DNA from: an uncultured Candidatus Saccharibacteria bacterium
GTDB lineage: Bacteria > Patescibacteriota > Dojkabacteria > J137
NCBI GenBank assembly: GCA_964414295.1
Contig: CAYPVU010000010.1
Span: 6,937 to 70,936 of the forward strand
DNA: 64,000 nucleotides
Direction of reading: 5' to 3'
Shown: piece by piece, positions 47,125 to 55,864 of the stretch
Numbering within the stretch: position 1 is the first letter of the stretch
Layout: the number at the start of each line of letters is the position of its first letter
The notes under the pieces: generated by a model
Databases searched by the model: none
What the model saw: only the letters and a program-made list of their open reading frames with translations
Told to the model about the DNA's origin: nothing
Position numbers and translations under genes: made by a program

Positions 47125-49584
47125 ATGTTTTCAGGACAGAATATTACAAATTTCAACACTACAGTTGATACTTCATGGGTTCAAGGAGCCGTAATCTTTT
47201 TACTTGTTCTACTTGTAGTATTAGTTGTCTTGGGCATAGTAATTGCCAAGTTTTTACAGAACTTTAAACAAGAAGTTTTAAAGAAAAAGGGGTTAAATCT
47301 TGTTTTTTATGAAGTAAAACTCCCCAAATCTAATGATGTAGAAATTAGAGCTGCAGAGCAAATGTTCACTGGTCTTATTGGTATAGGAGAGGAATTAAAA
47401 GGGTTTAAAAAGTTTGTAGGGGCAAGAAAGTTTGTAAGCTTTGAGATAGTTGCATTTAAAGAATCAATTAAGTTTTATGTTGTTTGTCCAAAAAGTATTT
47501 CTAATATTGTAGATAGGCAAATTAATGGAACCTACCCATTAGCAGAAATTAATCAGGTAAAGGAATATAATCTATTTCCAGATGGAGCATTTACTTCTTA
47601 TACATCTCTTAAGTTAGAAAAAGATACTAAAATTCCTTTTCAAACATATGAGGAACTTGCCGTAGATTCAATTGGAACAATAACTGATATTTTTAGTAAA
47701 CTACAAGAAAACGAAGGTGCTGTCTTTCAGGTTGTAATAACACCTGCCGGATCTGGTTGGAGAAATGAAGCTAAGTCTTTAGTTAAAAAGCTTAGAGAAC
47801 CAGCTAAAGAAGGAGAGACTGCTTCTAAGCCTAAATTTAATGATGATACTATTTCTTTAATTGATAAAAAAGCAGATAAATCTGGATTTTATACAGATAT
47901 AAGAATTGTATGTGTTTCCGATACAAAATTTGGTGCTGATTCTAATTTAGCCAATATTTTAAGTGTATTTGATCAATTCTTAAAAGAAGCAGGGAATCGA
48001 TTTAAGAAAACAAAAGAATCTGATTTAGGAAATTTTGCAGAAGACGTTATTTATAGAATTCCTAGGCTTTCAATGGTCTTAAATACTGCTGAACTGGCAA
48101 CTATTTTCCATTTCCCAAATAAAAATGTAACTTCTCCTCATATTAAATGGATGCTTGCTAAAAAGGCCCCGGCTCCAGATTTTGTAGCAAGTAATTACCA
48201 ACAAGACTATATGTATATTGGTAGAAACTCATTTAGAGGTCAATTTAAAGAAATATTCATAAAACCTGAAGATAGATTAAGGCATATGTATGTAATAGGT
48301 CAGACTGGTACTGGTAAATCGGGTTTTATGTCTGGAATGATGATAAGAGATATGAAACTAGGCCATGGTTGTGGTTATATTGACCCCCACGGCACAGATG
48401 CGGAGAAAATATTACAACAGGTTCCTCCTGAAAGAGTTGAAGATGTAATAATTTTTGATCCATCTGATTTAGAAAGACCTGTAGGATTGAACATGCTAGA
48501 GTTTTCAAATCCTGCACAACGTACACTTGTTACAAACGAAATGTTAAATATATTTGATACTTTGTATAACCTTAAAACAACCGGAGGTCCAATGTTTGAA
48601 CAGTACTTTAGGTATGCAATTATGCTTTTAACAGATGATGTAGAATCAGGCTCTACATTAATGGAGATCCCTAAGATCTTTGCAGATGACGGTTATAGAA
48701 ACTATAAACTTTCAAAATGTACCGACCAGGAAGTTATAGACTTCTGGAGAAAACAGGCAGAACAAGCAACAGGCGATGTGGGGTTAAAAAATGTAACCCC
48801 ATATGTTGTTTCTAAACTTGCACCATTTTTAACTAATCAATATGTAAGACCTATTATTGCACAGCAAACTTCTACAATAAATTTTAGAAAGATAATGGAT
48901 GAAGGCAAGATCCTGATTGTAAAACTTACTAAAGGTAGAATTGGAGATTTAAACGCTGCACTACTAGGTATGATTATTATTGGTAAGTTACTAATTGCTG
49001 CTTTAGAAAGAGAAGGTACAGATGAAAAATCAAGAAATCCATTTTATCTGTACATTGATGAGTTTCAAAACTATCTTACAGATGGAATTATGACAATTTT
49101 AGCTGAAGCTAGAAAGTACAGACTTTCCTTAACAATGGGACATCAATTCATAGGTCAGTTAACAAGAGAAGGTGGAAATACAAAAATTAGGGATGCTGTA
49201 TTTGGTAATGTAGGAAACAAAGCTATTTTTAGAGTAGGTGAGGATGATGCTGCATTCTTAAAGAAGGTTATTGGTGAAGGTTTTGAAGAACTTGATTTAC
49301 AGCAAATAGAAAACTTTAATTTTTATCTAAAAATGTTAGCAGACGGTAAGCCAACTCCAGCTTTTACAGCAAGATCTTTTTATGGTGATTCTAAATACGA
49401 TATGATAGGTTCATCAAGCTCTCAGATTGCCGATGTAGCTAAACAAATTTCTAGACTTCGTTATGGTAAAGATAGAAACATAATTGAAAATGAGATTAAA
49501 TTAAGAGGTACATTTATTAAAGAAAAAACAGAGGAAGAAAAGAAACCTGCTTCCTTATTTGGTGGCGGATTAGGCGGATTCTAG
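47125..49584 (+). CDS. Membrane-anchored P-loop ATPase of the FtsK/HerA/VirB4 (DUF87-like) superfamily
   Basis: N-terminal TM VIFLLVLLVVLVVLGIVIA. Walker A HMYVIGQTGTGKSGF...GYIDPHG, Walker B FYLYIDEFQNY, and the downstream ARKYRLSLTMGHQFIGQL block typical of VirB4/TraC/HerA-like ATPases. Confidence 0.65.
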   Translation: MFSGQNITNFNTTVDTSWVQGAVIFLLVLLVVLVVLGIVIAKFLQNFKQEVLKKKGLNLVFYEVKLPKSNDVEIRAAEQMFTGLIGIGEELKGFKKFVGARKFVSFEIVAFKESIKFYVVCPKSISNIVDRQINGTYPLAEINQVKEYNLFPDGAFTSYTSLKLEKDTKIPFQTYEELAVDSIGTITDIFSKLQENEGAVFQVVITPAGSGWRNEAKSLVKKLREPAKEGETASKPKFNDDTISLIDKKADKSGFYTDIRIVCVSDTKFGADSNLANILSVFDQFLKEAGNRFKKTKESDLGNFAEDVIYRIPRLSMVLNTAELATIFHFPNKNVTSPHIKWMLAKKAPAPDFVASNYQQDYMYIGRNSFRGQFKEIFIKPEDRLRHMYVIGQTGTGKSGFMSGMMIRDMKLGHGCGYIDPHGTDAEKILQQVPPERVEDVIIFDPSDLERPVGLNMLEFSNPAQRTLVTNEMLNIFDTLYNLKTTGGPMFEQYFRYAIMLLTDDVESGSTLMEIPKIFADDGYRNYKLSKCTDQEVIDFWRKQAEQATGDVGLKNVTPYVVSKLAPFLTNQYVRPIIAQQTSTINFRKIMDEGKILIVKLTKGRIGDLNAALLGMIIIGKLLIAALEREGTDEKSRNPFYLYIDEFQNYLTDGIMTILAEARKYRLSLTMGHQFIGQLTREGGNTKIRDAVFGNVGNKAIFRVGEDDAAFLKKVIGEGFEELDLQQIENFNFYLKMLADGKPTPAFTARSFYGDSKYDMIGSSSSQIADVAKQISRLRYGKDRNIIENEIKLRGTFIKEKTEEEKKPASLFGGGLGGF

Positions 49585-49587
49585 TAT

Positions 49588-50235
49588 ATGAAGTCTTTAT
49601 TCGATTCACCCACCGTAGAGTACTGCGAAAAAGCCATTGAAGGATTAATTTCAAGACCAGGCTATGCAGTATCTAACCTTCCTTTTATTATTTTGGGTAT
49701 TATTTTAATACTTAGAGCTAAAAATAATAAGCTTGCAAAGTTATTTGGTGTAAGTGCGATTATCATCGGACTATGTTCGTTTTATTACGATGCATCCTTT
49801 ACCTATCTATCGCAATATATCGACTGGTTAGGGATGTTTATCTTTATCCTTATCCTATCTTTACTAAATGTAAAAAGAATTATAAATATTAGTAATGCTA
49901 AGTTATATTTTTATGCATTCTTAATAATTATCTCCTATCTTTTATTAAGTTTTATTACTCAGCAAGGTACTTTATTCTTTGGAATAGGGGTTATTTTTGT
50001 AATCTTTTCAGAGATGTACCTACTGTATAAGGAACAAAGAAAGGTTGATATTAAGTGGTTGGTAGCTTTGCTATTGTTTCTAGTTGGGTTTATTGCTAGA
50101 AACTTAGATTTATACGGAATAATCTGCGATCCTTCAAATATAATTAATGGTAGAGGTATACTGCATTATCTATCTACGCTCTCTATATTCCTTTTGTATT
50201 TGTACTATACTAATATTAAGCATAAGTCAGAGTGA
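49588..50235 (+). CDS. Polytopic membrane protein (six to seven TM helices)
   Basis: Highly hydrophobic 215 aa; 3-nt gap to the ATPase gene. Confidence 0.45.
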   Translation: MKSLFDSPTVEYCEKAIEGLISRPGYAVSNLPFIILGIILILRAKNNKLAKLFGVSAIIIGLCSFYYDASFTYLSQYIDWLGMFIFILILSLLNVKRIINISNAKLYFYAFLIIISYLLLSFITQQGTLFFGIGVIFVIFSEMYLLYKEQRKVDIKWLVALLLFLVGFIARNLDLYGIICDPSNIINGRGILHYLSTLSIFLLYLYYTNIKHKSE

Positions 50236-50310
50236 AAATTTTAAATCTTTTTGCTATACTTTGCTTGCTTTTACAGCAAATCTTGAACATTAATAGTAAG
50301 TATTTTTAAT

Positions 50311-50384
50311 AGGCCTGTAGCTCAGCTGGTTAGAGCACGGTTCTTATAAAGCCGGGGTCCGCAGTTCAAGTCTGCGCAGGCCTA
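50311..50384 (+). tRNA. tRNA-Ile with UAU anticodon
   Basis: Cloverleaf AGGCCTG/CAGGCCT acceptor, discriminator A, anticodon stem CGGTT/AGCCG, loop CTTATAA (34-36 = TAT). 5' half nearly identical to the tRNA-Ile(GAU) in the rRNA spacer. Confidence 0.65.
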
Positions 50385-50481
50385 TTTAGAATATTTAGAC
50401 TTCTATACAAATTTTTCTCTAAAATCGATTAGTTTGCATCAAACCTATTACTACATTAAACTATAGAGTAAAGTTTTTTGT

Positions 50482-51153
50482 ATGCTTAAACTAAATTCAT
50501 TATTAAAATTGTCCTTAATCTTGTTTGCAAGCTTATTAATTCCAAGCTTTTTATCACTATTTAAAATTTCTTTTGATGAATATATTGCAGCACAAAAGGG
50601 GCAGGGTAAGGTTCAGGGAGCAAGTGTAGTAAATGTTCGTACTGTAAATGGAAGAACACCTGACGGGGAAGAACAGTCTGTTATAGTTAATGTTAATCTG
50701 CCACGAATTGGGTCTATTAGAAATCTAAGTGAAAGGCCCTTCGCTTTCCCAAATGCAAAAGCTAATACTGAATCTCCTTTAGTTAATCTCCAAGCACCAT
50801 TATCCTACCCTGATGGCCCAAATAATCCTGTTTATATAATTTCTAAGGATGGTGGAAGAGGAGGGGATTCCTTTTTATTTGCATACGGCGGACTAAAAGG
50901 TAATTATCTATCTTTCTACAACGGAAACAATTACGATATGAATGATGTTAGGATTCAAATAAAATGGTCTAATGGAAACATTGAATATACAAGTATTTAT
51001 TCTACACAGCAAATTCAAAGAAAATTAGGATTTTACGTTGCCGTAAATAACTCTTCTGAGGCTAGTATCCCGTATAATCCCCAAATGAGGATTAAGGAAT
51101 TTTTAGTAAGATTTAAGGATAATGCGGGAATGGAGTATATTGCAGAATTTTAA
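50482..51153 (+). CDS. Hypothetical secreted protein
   Basis: Signal peptide; Gly/Asn-rich; no motif. Confidence 0.4.
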   Translation: MLKLNSLLKLSLILFASLLIPSFLSLFKISFDEYIAAQKGQGKVQGASVVNVRTVNGRTPDGEEQSVIVNVNLPRIGSIRNLSERPFAFPNAKANTESPLVNLQAPLSYPDGPNNPVYIISKDGGRGGDSFLFAYGGLKGNYLSFYNGNNYDMNDVRIQIKWSNGNIEYTSIYSTQQIQRKLGFYVAVNNSSEASIPYNPQMRIKEFLVRFKDNAGMEYIAEF

Positions 51154-52019
51154 AGCTCTACAAGCTTATTTTCAGGCCTTGCTTTATATTTCTTACTTAA
51201 TAATTCTAAATATCTTGTAGTTGTAGCAATGTTTTTATGCCCAACAATTTCTGCAAGAGTAGTTAAAGATATACCATTGCTTAGTTGATTTACTATAAAT
51301 GTATTTCTAAGATCATTTACGCAGGCATTTCTCACCTTTGCTTTGATTATTATTCTATCGATTGAGCCTCTAATATTCCTTACTTCTATACTTCTACCTG
51401 TTTTAGTACAGAATAGAGGGGAATTGGGCTTTTTAGCAAACTTGTGCTGTGCTAGATATGCTTTTAGTTCAGTCAATAACTTCCCATTAATTGGAACCTT
51501 TCTTTCATCATTGCTGCCAAATTGTTCTATTTGTACATAAGGTCTAGAACCGCTTAAATGTAGATCCTTTATTTTTATTCTTGAAAGCTCCCCAATTCTT
51601 ACACCGGTTTGAAGAAGAAATTCAATAATTACAAATATTTTATAATTATCTCTACTACATTCTTTTAGTGCTAAATATTCAGGTCTAGATAAAAATCGTT
51701 GTTTCTTTATTCTAAACTTAGGATGAGAAATATTTAAAGTAGGATTTGATTTAATATACTTTTTTTCCTCTAAAAACTTATAGAAAGTTCTTATGCTGTT
51801 CAGTTTTCTAGAAATTGTCTTTGCAGAAAGAGTATAGGTATTTTGTAAAAAGTTTAAACCATGTTTTATATCTGCTTCACTAAAATCTACTAAAGATTTA
51901 TTTAGATTGCTTTCTGCTAACTGACTTAAGTCATTTTTATAAGCTATTAGCGTTGACTTTGCTTTCCCCCTTCTTTTAAGGTAATTTATAAAGTCATTTA
52001 TTAATTTTTCAGTTTCCAT
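51150..52019 (-). CDS. Tyrosine recombinase (XerC/XerD-like)
   Basis: N-terminal core-binding helix pattern (KSTLIAYKNDLSQL); catalytic R...H-x-x-R...Y blocks (GVRIGELSRIK; LRNTFIVNQL; VGHKNIATTTRYLEL); 289 aa. Confidence 0.8.
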   Translation of the reverse strand: METEKLINDFINYLKRRGKAKSTLIAYKNDLSQLAESNLNKSLVDFSEADIKHGLNFLQNTYTLSAKTISRKLNSIRTFYKFLEEKKYIKSNPTLNISHPKFRIKKQRFLSRPEYLALKECSRDNYKIFVIIEFLLQTGVRIGELSRIKIKDLHLSGSRPYVQIEQFGSNDERKVPINGKLLTELKAYLAQHKFAKKPNSPLFCTKTGRSIEVRNIRGSIDRIIIKAKVRNACVNDLRNTFIVNQLSNGISLTTLAEIVGHKNIATTTRYLELLSKKYKARPENKLVEL

Positions 52020-52090
52020 TTGCAGAATTGGTTTACAAGTGACAAAATATTAACATGGGTATATTATAGGGTCAATTAACTTAAAAATTT

Positions 52091-52504
52091 ATGCAGGGCT
52101 TACTTAAAAGAATCTTTCAAAAAGCAAAAAATAATTTAAATGAGGTTAAATTTGACGGTATAGCGTTATCTATTGTTCTTGCTTTTTTAGTTCTAGTAAT
52201 TGCAGGCAATATTATAAGAGTTTTCACTAATGGGCAAAGTAATTATTCTACTTTCTTAGAAGAAAAAGCTGAATTAGATAAATTACTAGAAAGGAATGAG
52301 AATCTAAATCAAGAATATGCATATGTAAATTCAGATGAATACAAAGCATTATTACTAAGGGATGCTCAAAACTTAGCTAAACCCGAGGAAACTCTTTACA
52401 ATACAAAAGAACGGCCAAGTTTCTTTTTTGAAGAACCTGAATATTTAGATCTGGAAACAAAAAGTAATTATATGGACTGGTGGTTAAAATTGATCGGGAA
52501 GTAA
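52091..52504 (+). CDS. FtsB/DivIC-like septum formation initiator (TM plus coiled coil), tentative
   Basis: Single TM LSIVLAFLVLVIAGNII followed by a Leu-zipper-like coiled coil EEKAELDKLLERNENLNQEY. Confidence 0.4.
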   Translation: MQGLLKRIFQKAKNNLNEVKFDGIALSIVLAFLVLVIAGNIIRVFTNGQSNYSTFLEEKAELDKLLERNENLNQEYAYVNSDEYKALLLRDAQNLAKPEETLYNTKERPSFFFEEPEYLDLETKSNYMDWWLKLIGK

Positions 52505-52544
52505 TTATCTGATATAATCCATTGCATTTAAAAATATTAGTGAT

Positions 52545-52619
52545 CGCGGGGTAGAGCAGTGGCAGCTCGTCAGGCTCATAACCTGAAGGTCGTGCGTTCG
52601 AATCGTACCCCCGCAACCA
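52545..52619 (+). tRNA. tRNA-Met (CAU), initiator type
   Basis: Anticodon loop CTCATAA; C1 x A72 unpaired end (CGCGGGG vs CCCCGCA), which is characteristic of bacterial initiator tRNA; CCA encoded. Confidence 0.7.
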
Positions 52620-52620
52620 A

Positions 52621-52653
52621 AAGCCCCTACATGTTTGTAGGGGCTTTTGATTT
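52621..52653 (+). terminator. Rho-independent terminator after tRNA-fMet
   Basis: agcccctac-atgttt-gtaggggct followed by TTTGATTT. Confidence 0.65.
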
Positions 52654-52701
52654 AAATCGCTTAAAATATTTTAAGTTTCCTGATAAAATCCATAAGCATA
52701 T

Positions 52702-52775
52702 GTCAGGGTAGCTCAGAAGGTTAGAGCACAGGATTCATAAACCTGAGGTCGAGGGTTCGATTCCCTCCCCTGATA
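52702..52775 (+). tRNA. tRNA-Met (CAU), elongator type (alternatively an Ile2-type CAU tRNA)
   Basis: Cloverleaf GTCAGGG/CCCTGAT, anticodon loop TTCATAA, T-loop TTCGATT. Confidence 0.65.
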
Positions 52776-52885
52776 CTATTTATATCTATTCGGCATTTAA
52801 GACCATTATTTCCAAAGAACGTTTTTATAATAGACGTCATAAGATATAATAAATGTAGTTCCAATTTAATTATTCACTTAAATCT

Positions 52886-55291
52886 ATGGATAAAGATTCT
52901 CAATCGAATAAGAAAGAAGAAAAGAAAACCCTTTCCCCACAAGAAGAAATGGAAAAGTTATCGAATGAAATACTTAATAAGATTCAATCTGTACAAAAAA
53001 AGCCGAACAAAAAGAGTAAAGGATTTGTACCTCGATTTAATCCTTTATTTTTAATAATTGGAGTATTCTTAATCCTCCTTTTAGCACTTAGCTTTTTTAA
53101 TCGATCTGGAAATAATGCAGTTAATACAACTTTAGACAGCATTGTTAGAGGTGTAAAAGATAATAGATTCTCTCAGGTTTATATTCAGAATGATGGAAAG
53201 GTAATTGCATATAGTAAATCTTATGCAGTTGTAGGTTCTGCAGAAGACGTTCAAGTTCAAACTTCTGACAAATATAAATATACTGCAGATTCCTCTGATG
53301 GTTTTGAAGTTCAGACTTTAGATCAATTTGTTTCTAACTTTACAATAAAAGATTCTCTTACAGCTCTAAGAGCTTTATTGAATAATCAATATTCAACAAT
53401 AAGAGAAGTTGTAATAGGGGAAAACTATATTATTGGTGTAAGACCAACTGGATCTAAGGATATTATTGTCAAAAATGTTTCAGAAAAGGACTTTTTAGGA
53501 AAGTTAAATGACAGAAATCTTACTATTGAATCCCTTACAGCTAACGTTAAAAAGCTTAGAACAGAGTCTATTTCCTTAAATGGAAGCTCATTTACAGAAA
53601 GGAAAAATGATAATCAGTTTACAAATATATTTGCTGTAGACAATATGCTAATTGCAAGAATGAAACCTGAATTGGTTCAGCAGTATTACGTTGACTGGAA
53701 TCCTAATATCTATTCTTTTACAGACTTATTACAGAACGAAGGAGTTTCCTTAACTAATGAAAGTGTAGAAATACTCTCGGTTAATGTTCCTTCTAGTATT
53801 GGATTCTCGGATATTATTAACATTATTACACTTGTAGGTTTTGTAGTTTTAATATTCTTTATATTTAGAGGAGCTCAAGGTTCAGGAATGGGGATTATGC
53901 AGTTTGGGCAAAGTAAGGCAAAAGTATTCTTTGGATCAAAAACCGATACTACTTTTGATGACGTAGCAGGTATTGATGAAGCAAGAAATGAATTATTTGA
54001 AATTGTAGATTTCTTAAAAAATCCTAATAAATATAGAAAGTTAGGAGCAAGAATTCCAAAAGGTATTTTATTAGTTGGTCCTCCAGGTACAGGTAAAACC
54101 CTCTTGGCTAGAGCTATTGCTGGAGAAGCAAAAGTTCCATTCTTCCATACTTCTGGATCAGAATTTGAAGAAATGTTAGTTGGTGCAGGTGCTTCCAGAG
54201 TAAGAGACCTTTTTGACAAGGCAAAAAAGGCTGCTCCATCCTTAATATTTATTGATGAAATTGATGCTGTAGCTAGAAAAAGAGGTACAAAAATTCAGAC
54301 TGGTGCTACTGAGCAGACATTAAATCAAATTCTTGTAGAAATGGATGGATTTGAAAAAAATACAAATGTTATTGTATTGGCTGCTACAAATAGACCTGAT
54401 GTTTTAGATCCAGCTATATTAAGACCAGGAAGATTTGATAGGCAAGTAAGAATTGATTTACCAGATGTTGAAGGAAGAAAGAAGATCTTAGATATACATG
54501 GAGAAAATAAGCCTTTTGCGGCAGATGTAGATTTATACAGAATTGCAAAAAGAACTGTGGGCTTTACTGGGGCTGATTTAGAAAATATTCTTAATGAAGC
54601 AGCAATTATTGCAGCAAATGCTAACAAAAAAGAAATCAGTGATTCAGATATTGATGAAGCGGTTTCTAAGGTAGTTTTAGGCCCAGCTAAAAAGTCTAAG
54701 AAAAGAACTGAAAAAGAACTTAAATTAGTTGCTTATCACGAAGCAGGTCATGCGGTAGTCGCTAAATATACATCTAATTCAACTCCTGTTGATAGAATTT
54801 CTATTGTATCAAGAGGTATGTCAGGTGGAGTTACAATGTTCTTACCAGAAACAGATGAATATATAATCTCAAAAGGTAAGCTTCTTGCTGATATTACTGT
54901 TGGACTTGGTGGTAGAGCAGCGGAAGAGTTAGCATTAGATGATATTTCTACAGGAGCATCTAACGATATTGAAAAGGCTACGGCAATTGCAAGAAGAATG
55001 GTTCAGAGGTTTGGTATGAGTGATAAATTAGGCTTAGTACAATATGGTGATTTTGAAGAAAATGAATATTTAGGTTATGCATATTCAACAAGTAAAGAAT
55101 ATTCAGAAAAAACAGCTGAAGAAATCGATACTGAAGTAAGATCAATTATTGAAAATGCTTATACTAATGCCAAAAAAGTATTAGAAGAGCATAGAGATAA
55201 ATTAGATTTGGTAGCTAATATGCTACTAGAAAAGGAAGTGATGTCCAAAGAGGAGTTTGATGCTTTATTTACTGAGCAGCAAGATCAATAA
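52886..55291 (+). CDS. ftsH: ATP-dependent zinc metalloprotease FtsH with enlarged extracytoplasmic domain
   Basis: Two TM helices about 250 aa apart. AAA+ module ([18 protein letters not shown], second region of homology) and HEAGHA zinc motif; 801 aa. Confidence 0.95.
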   Translation: MDKDSQSNKKEEKKTLSPQEEMEKLSNEILNKIQSVQKKPNKKSKGFVPRFNPLFLIIGVFLILLLALSFFNRSGNNAVNTTLDSIVRGVKDNRFSQVYIQNDGKVIAYSKSYAVVGSAEDVQVQTSDKYKYTADSSDGFEVQTLDQFVSNFTIKDSLTALRALLNNQYSTIREVVIGENYIIGVRPTGSKDIIVKNVSEKDFLGKLNDRNLTIESLTANVKKLRTESISLNGSSFTERKNDNQFTNIFAVDNMLIARMKPELVQQYYVDWNPNIYSFTDLLQNEGVSLTNESVEILSVNVPSSIGFSDIINIITLVGFVVLIFFIFRGAQGSGMGIMQFGQSKAKVFFGSKTDTTFDDVAGIDEARNELFEIVDFLKNPNKYRKLGARIPKGILLVGPPGTGKTLLARAIAGEAKVPFFHTSGSEFEEMLVGAGASRVRDLFDKAKKAAPSLIFIDEIDAVARKRGTKIQTGATEQTLNQILVEMDGFEKNTNVIVLAATNRPDVLDPAILRPGRFDRQVRIDLPDVEGRKKILDIHGENKPFAADVDLYRIAKRTVGFTGADLENILNEAAIIAANANKKEISDSDIDEAVSKVVLGPAKKSKKRTEKELKLVAYHEAGHAVVAKYTSNSTPVDRISIVSRGMSGGVTMFLPETDEYIISKGKLLADITVGLGGRAAEELALDDISTGASNDIEKATAIARRMVQRFGMSDKLGLVQYGDFEENEYLGYAYSTSKEYSEKTAEEIDTEVRSIIENAYTNAKKVLEEHRDKLDLVANMLLEKEVMSKEEFDALFTEQQDQ

Positions 55292-55863
55292 TGGCTCAAT
55301 TCCTGGATCTATACAGCATAACTCTTGACTTTATATTTAAAATGACAGGACCAATAACTGGGATAGCAGTTATTGGTCTTTGTTTTGTTTATAGAAAACA
55401 ATTAGCTGATTTTTTAGTTAGCAATATACAAAGGATAAAGGGTAAAATCTTTAATCAGGAGATTGATATAGAGTTAAGGAAGAGAGAGCAGAGTATACCT
55501 GTAATAAAGGATGTGGAAAAAGATGTGTTAAAAAAGGATAAAGATGAGCTTCTAAAAGCCTTAGAATTCGAAAAGATTTACTCAATTATATTTGGTTCCC
55601 AAATAGAGCTTTTAAGAGATATTTCGATTTTCAAGGATCTGCCTTATACAAGATTAACCGGATACTTTTACTTTTTAGATAAGAAAAGGGAATTCCCTAT
55701 ACTTGATAGTTGGAGTTATGATGAGTACTTGAAGATTCTTATTAATAATAATTTAATTGAACTTAGCCCAATAGAGTCAGAGCAAAAGTTAGAAATTACT
55801 AAAAAAGGTTTGGACTTTTTAAGGTACATAGACGAAAATAACTACAACGATAGACTTTTTTAA
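55291..55863 (+). CDS. Hypothetical protein
   Basis: One N-terminal hydrophobic helix; no motif; start overlaps the ftsH stop. Confidence 0.35.
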   Translation: MAQFLDLYSITLDFIFKMTGPITGIAVIGLCFVYRKQLADFLVSNIQRIKGKIFNQEIDIELRKREQSIPVIKDVEKDVLKKDKDELLKALEFEKIYSIIFGSQIELLRDISIFKDLPYTRLTGYFYFLDKKREFPILDSWSYDEYLKILINNNLIELSPIESEQKLEITKKGLDFLRYIDENNYNDRLF

Positions 55864-55864
55864 T

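Noticed and set aside
53875-54627. Two minus-strand ORFs (114 and 100 aa) inside ftsH
   Set aside because: Antisense to the conserved AAA+ region; no independent support.
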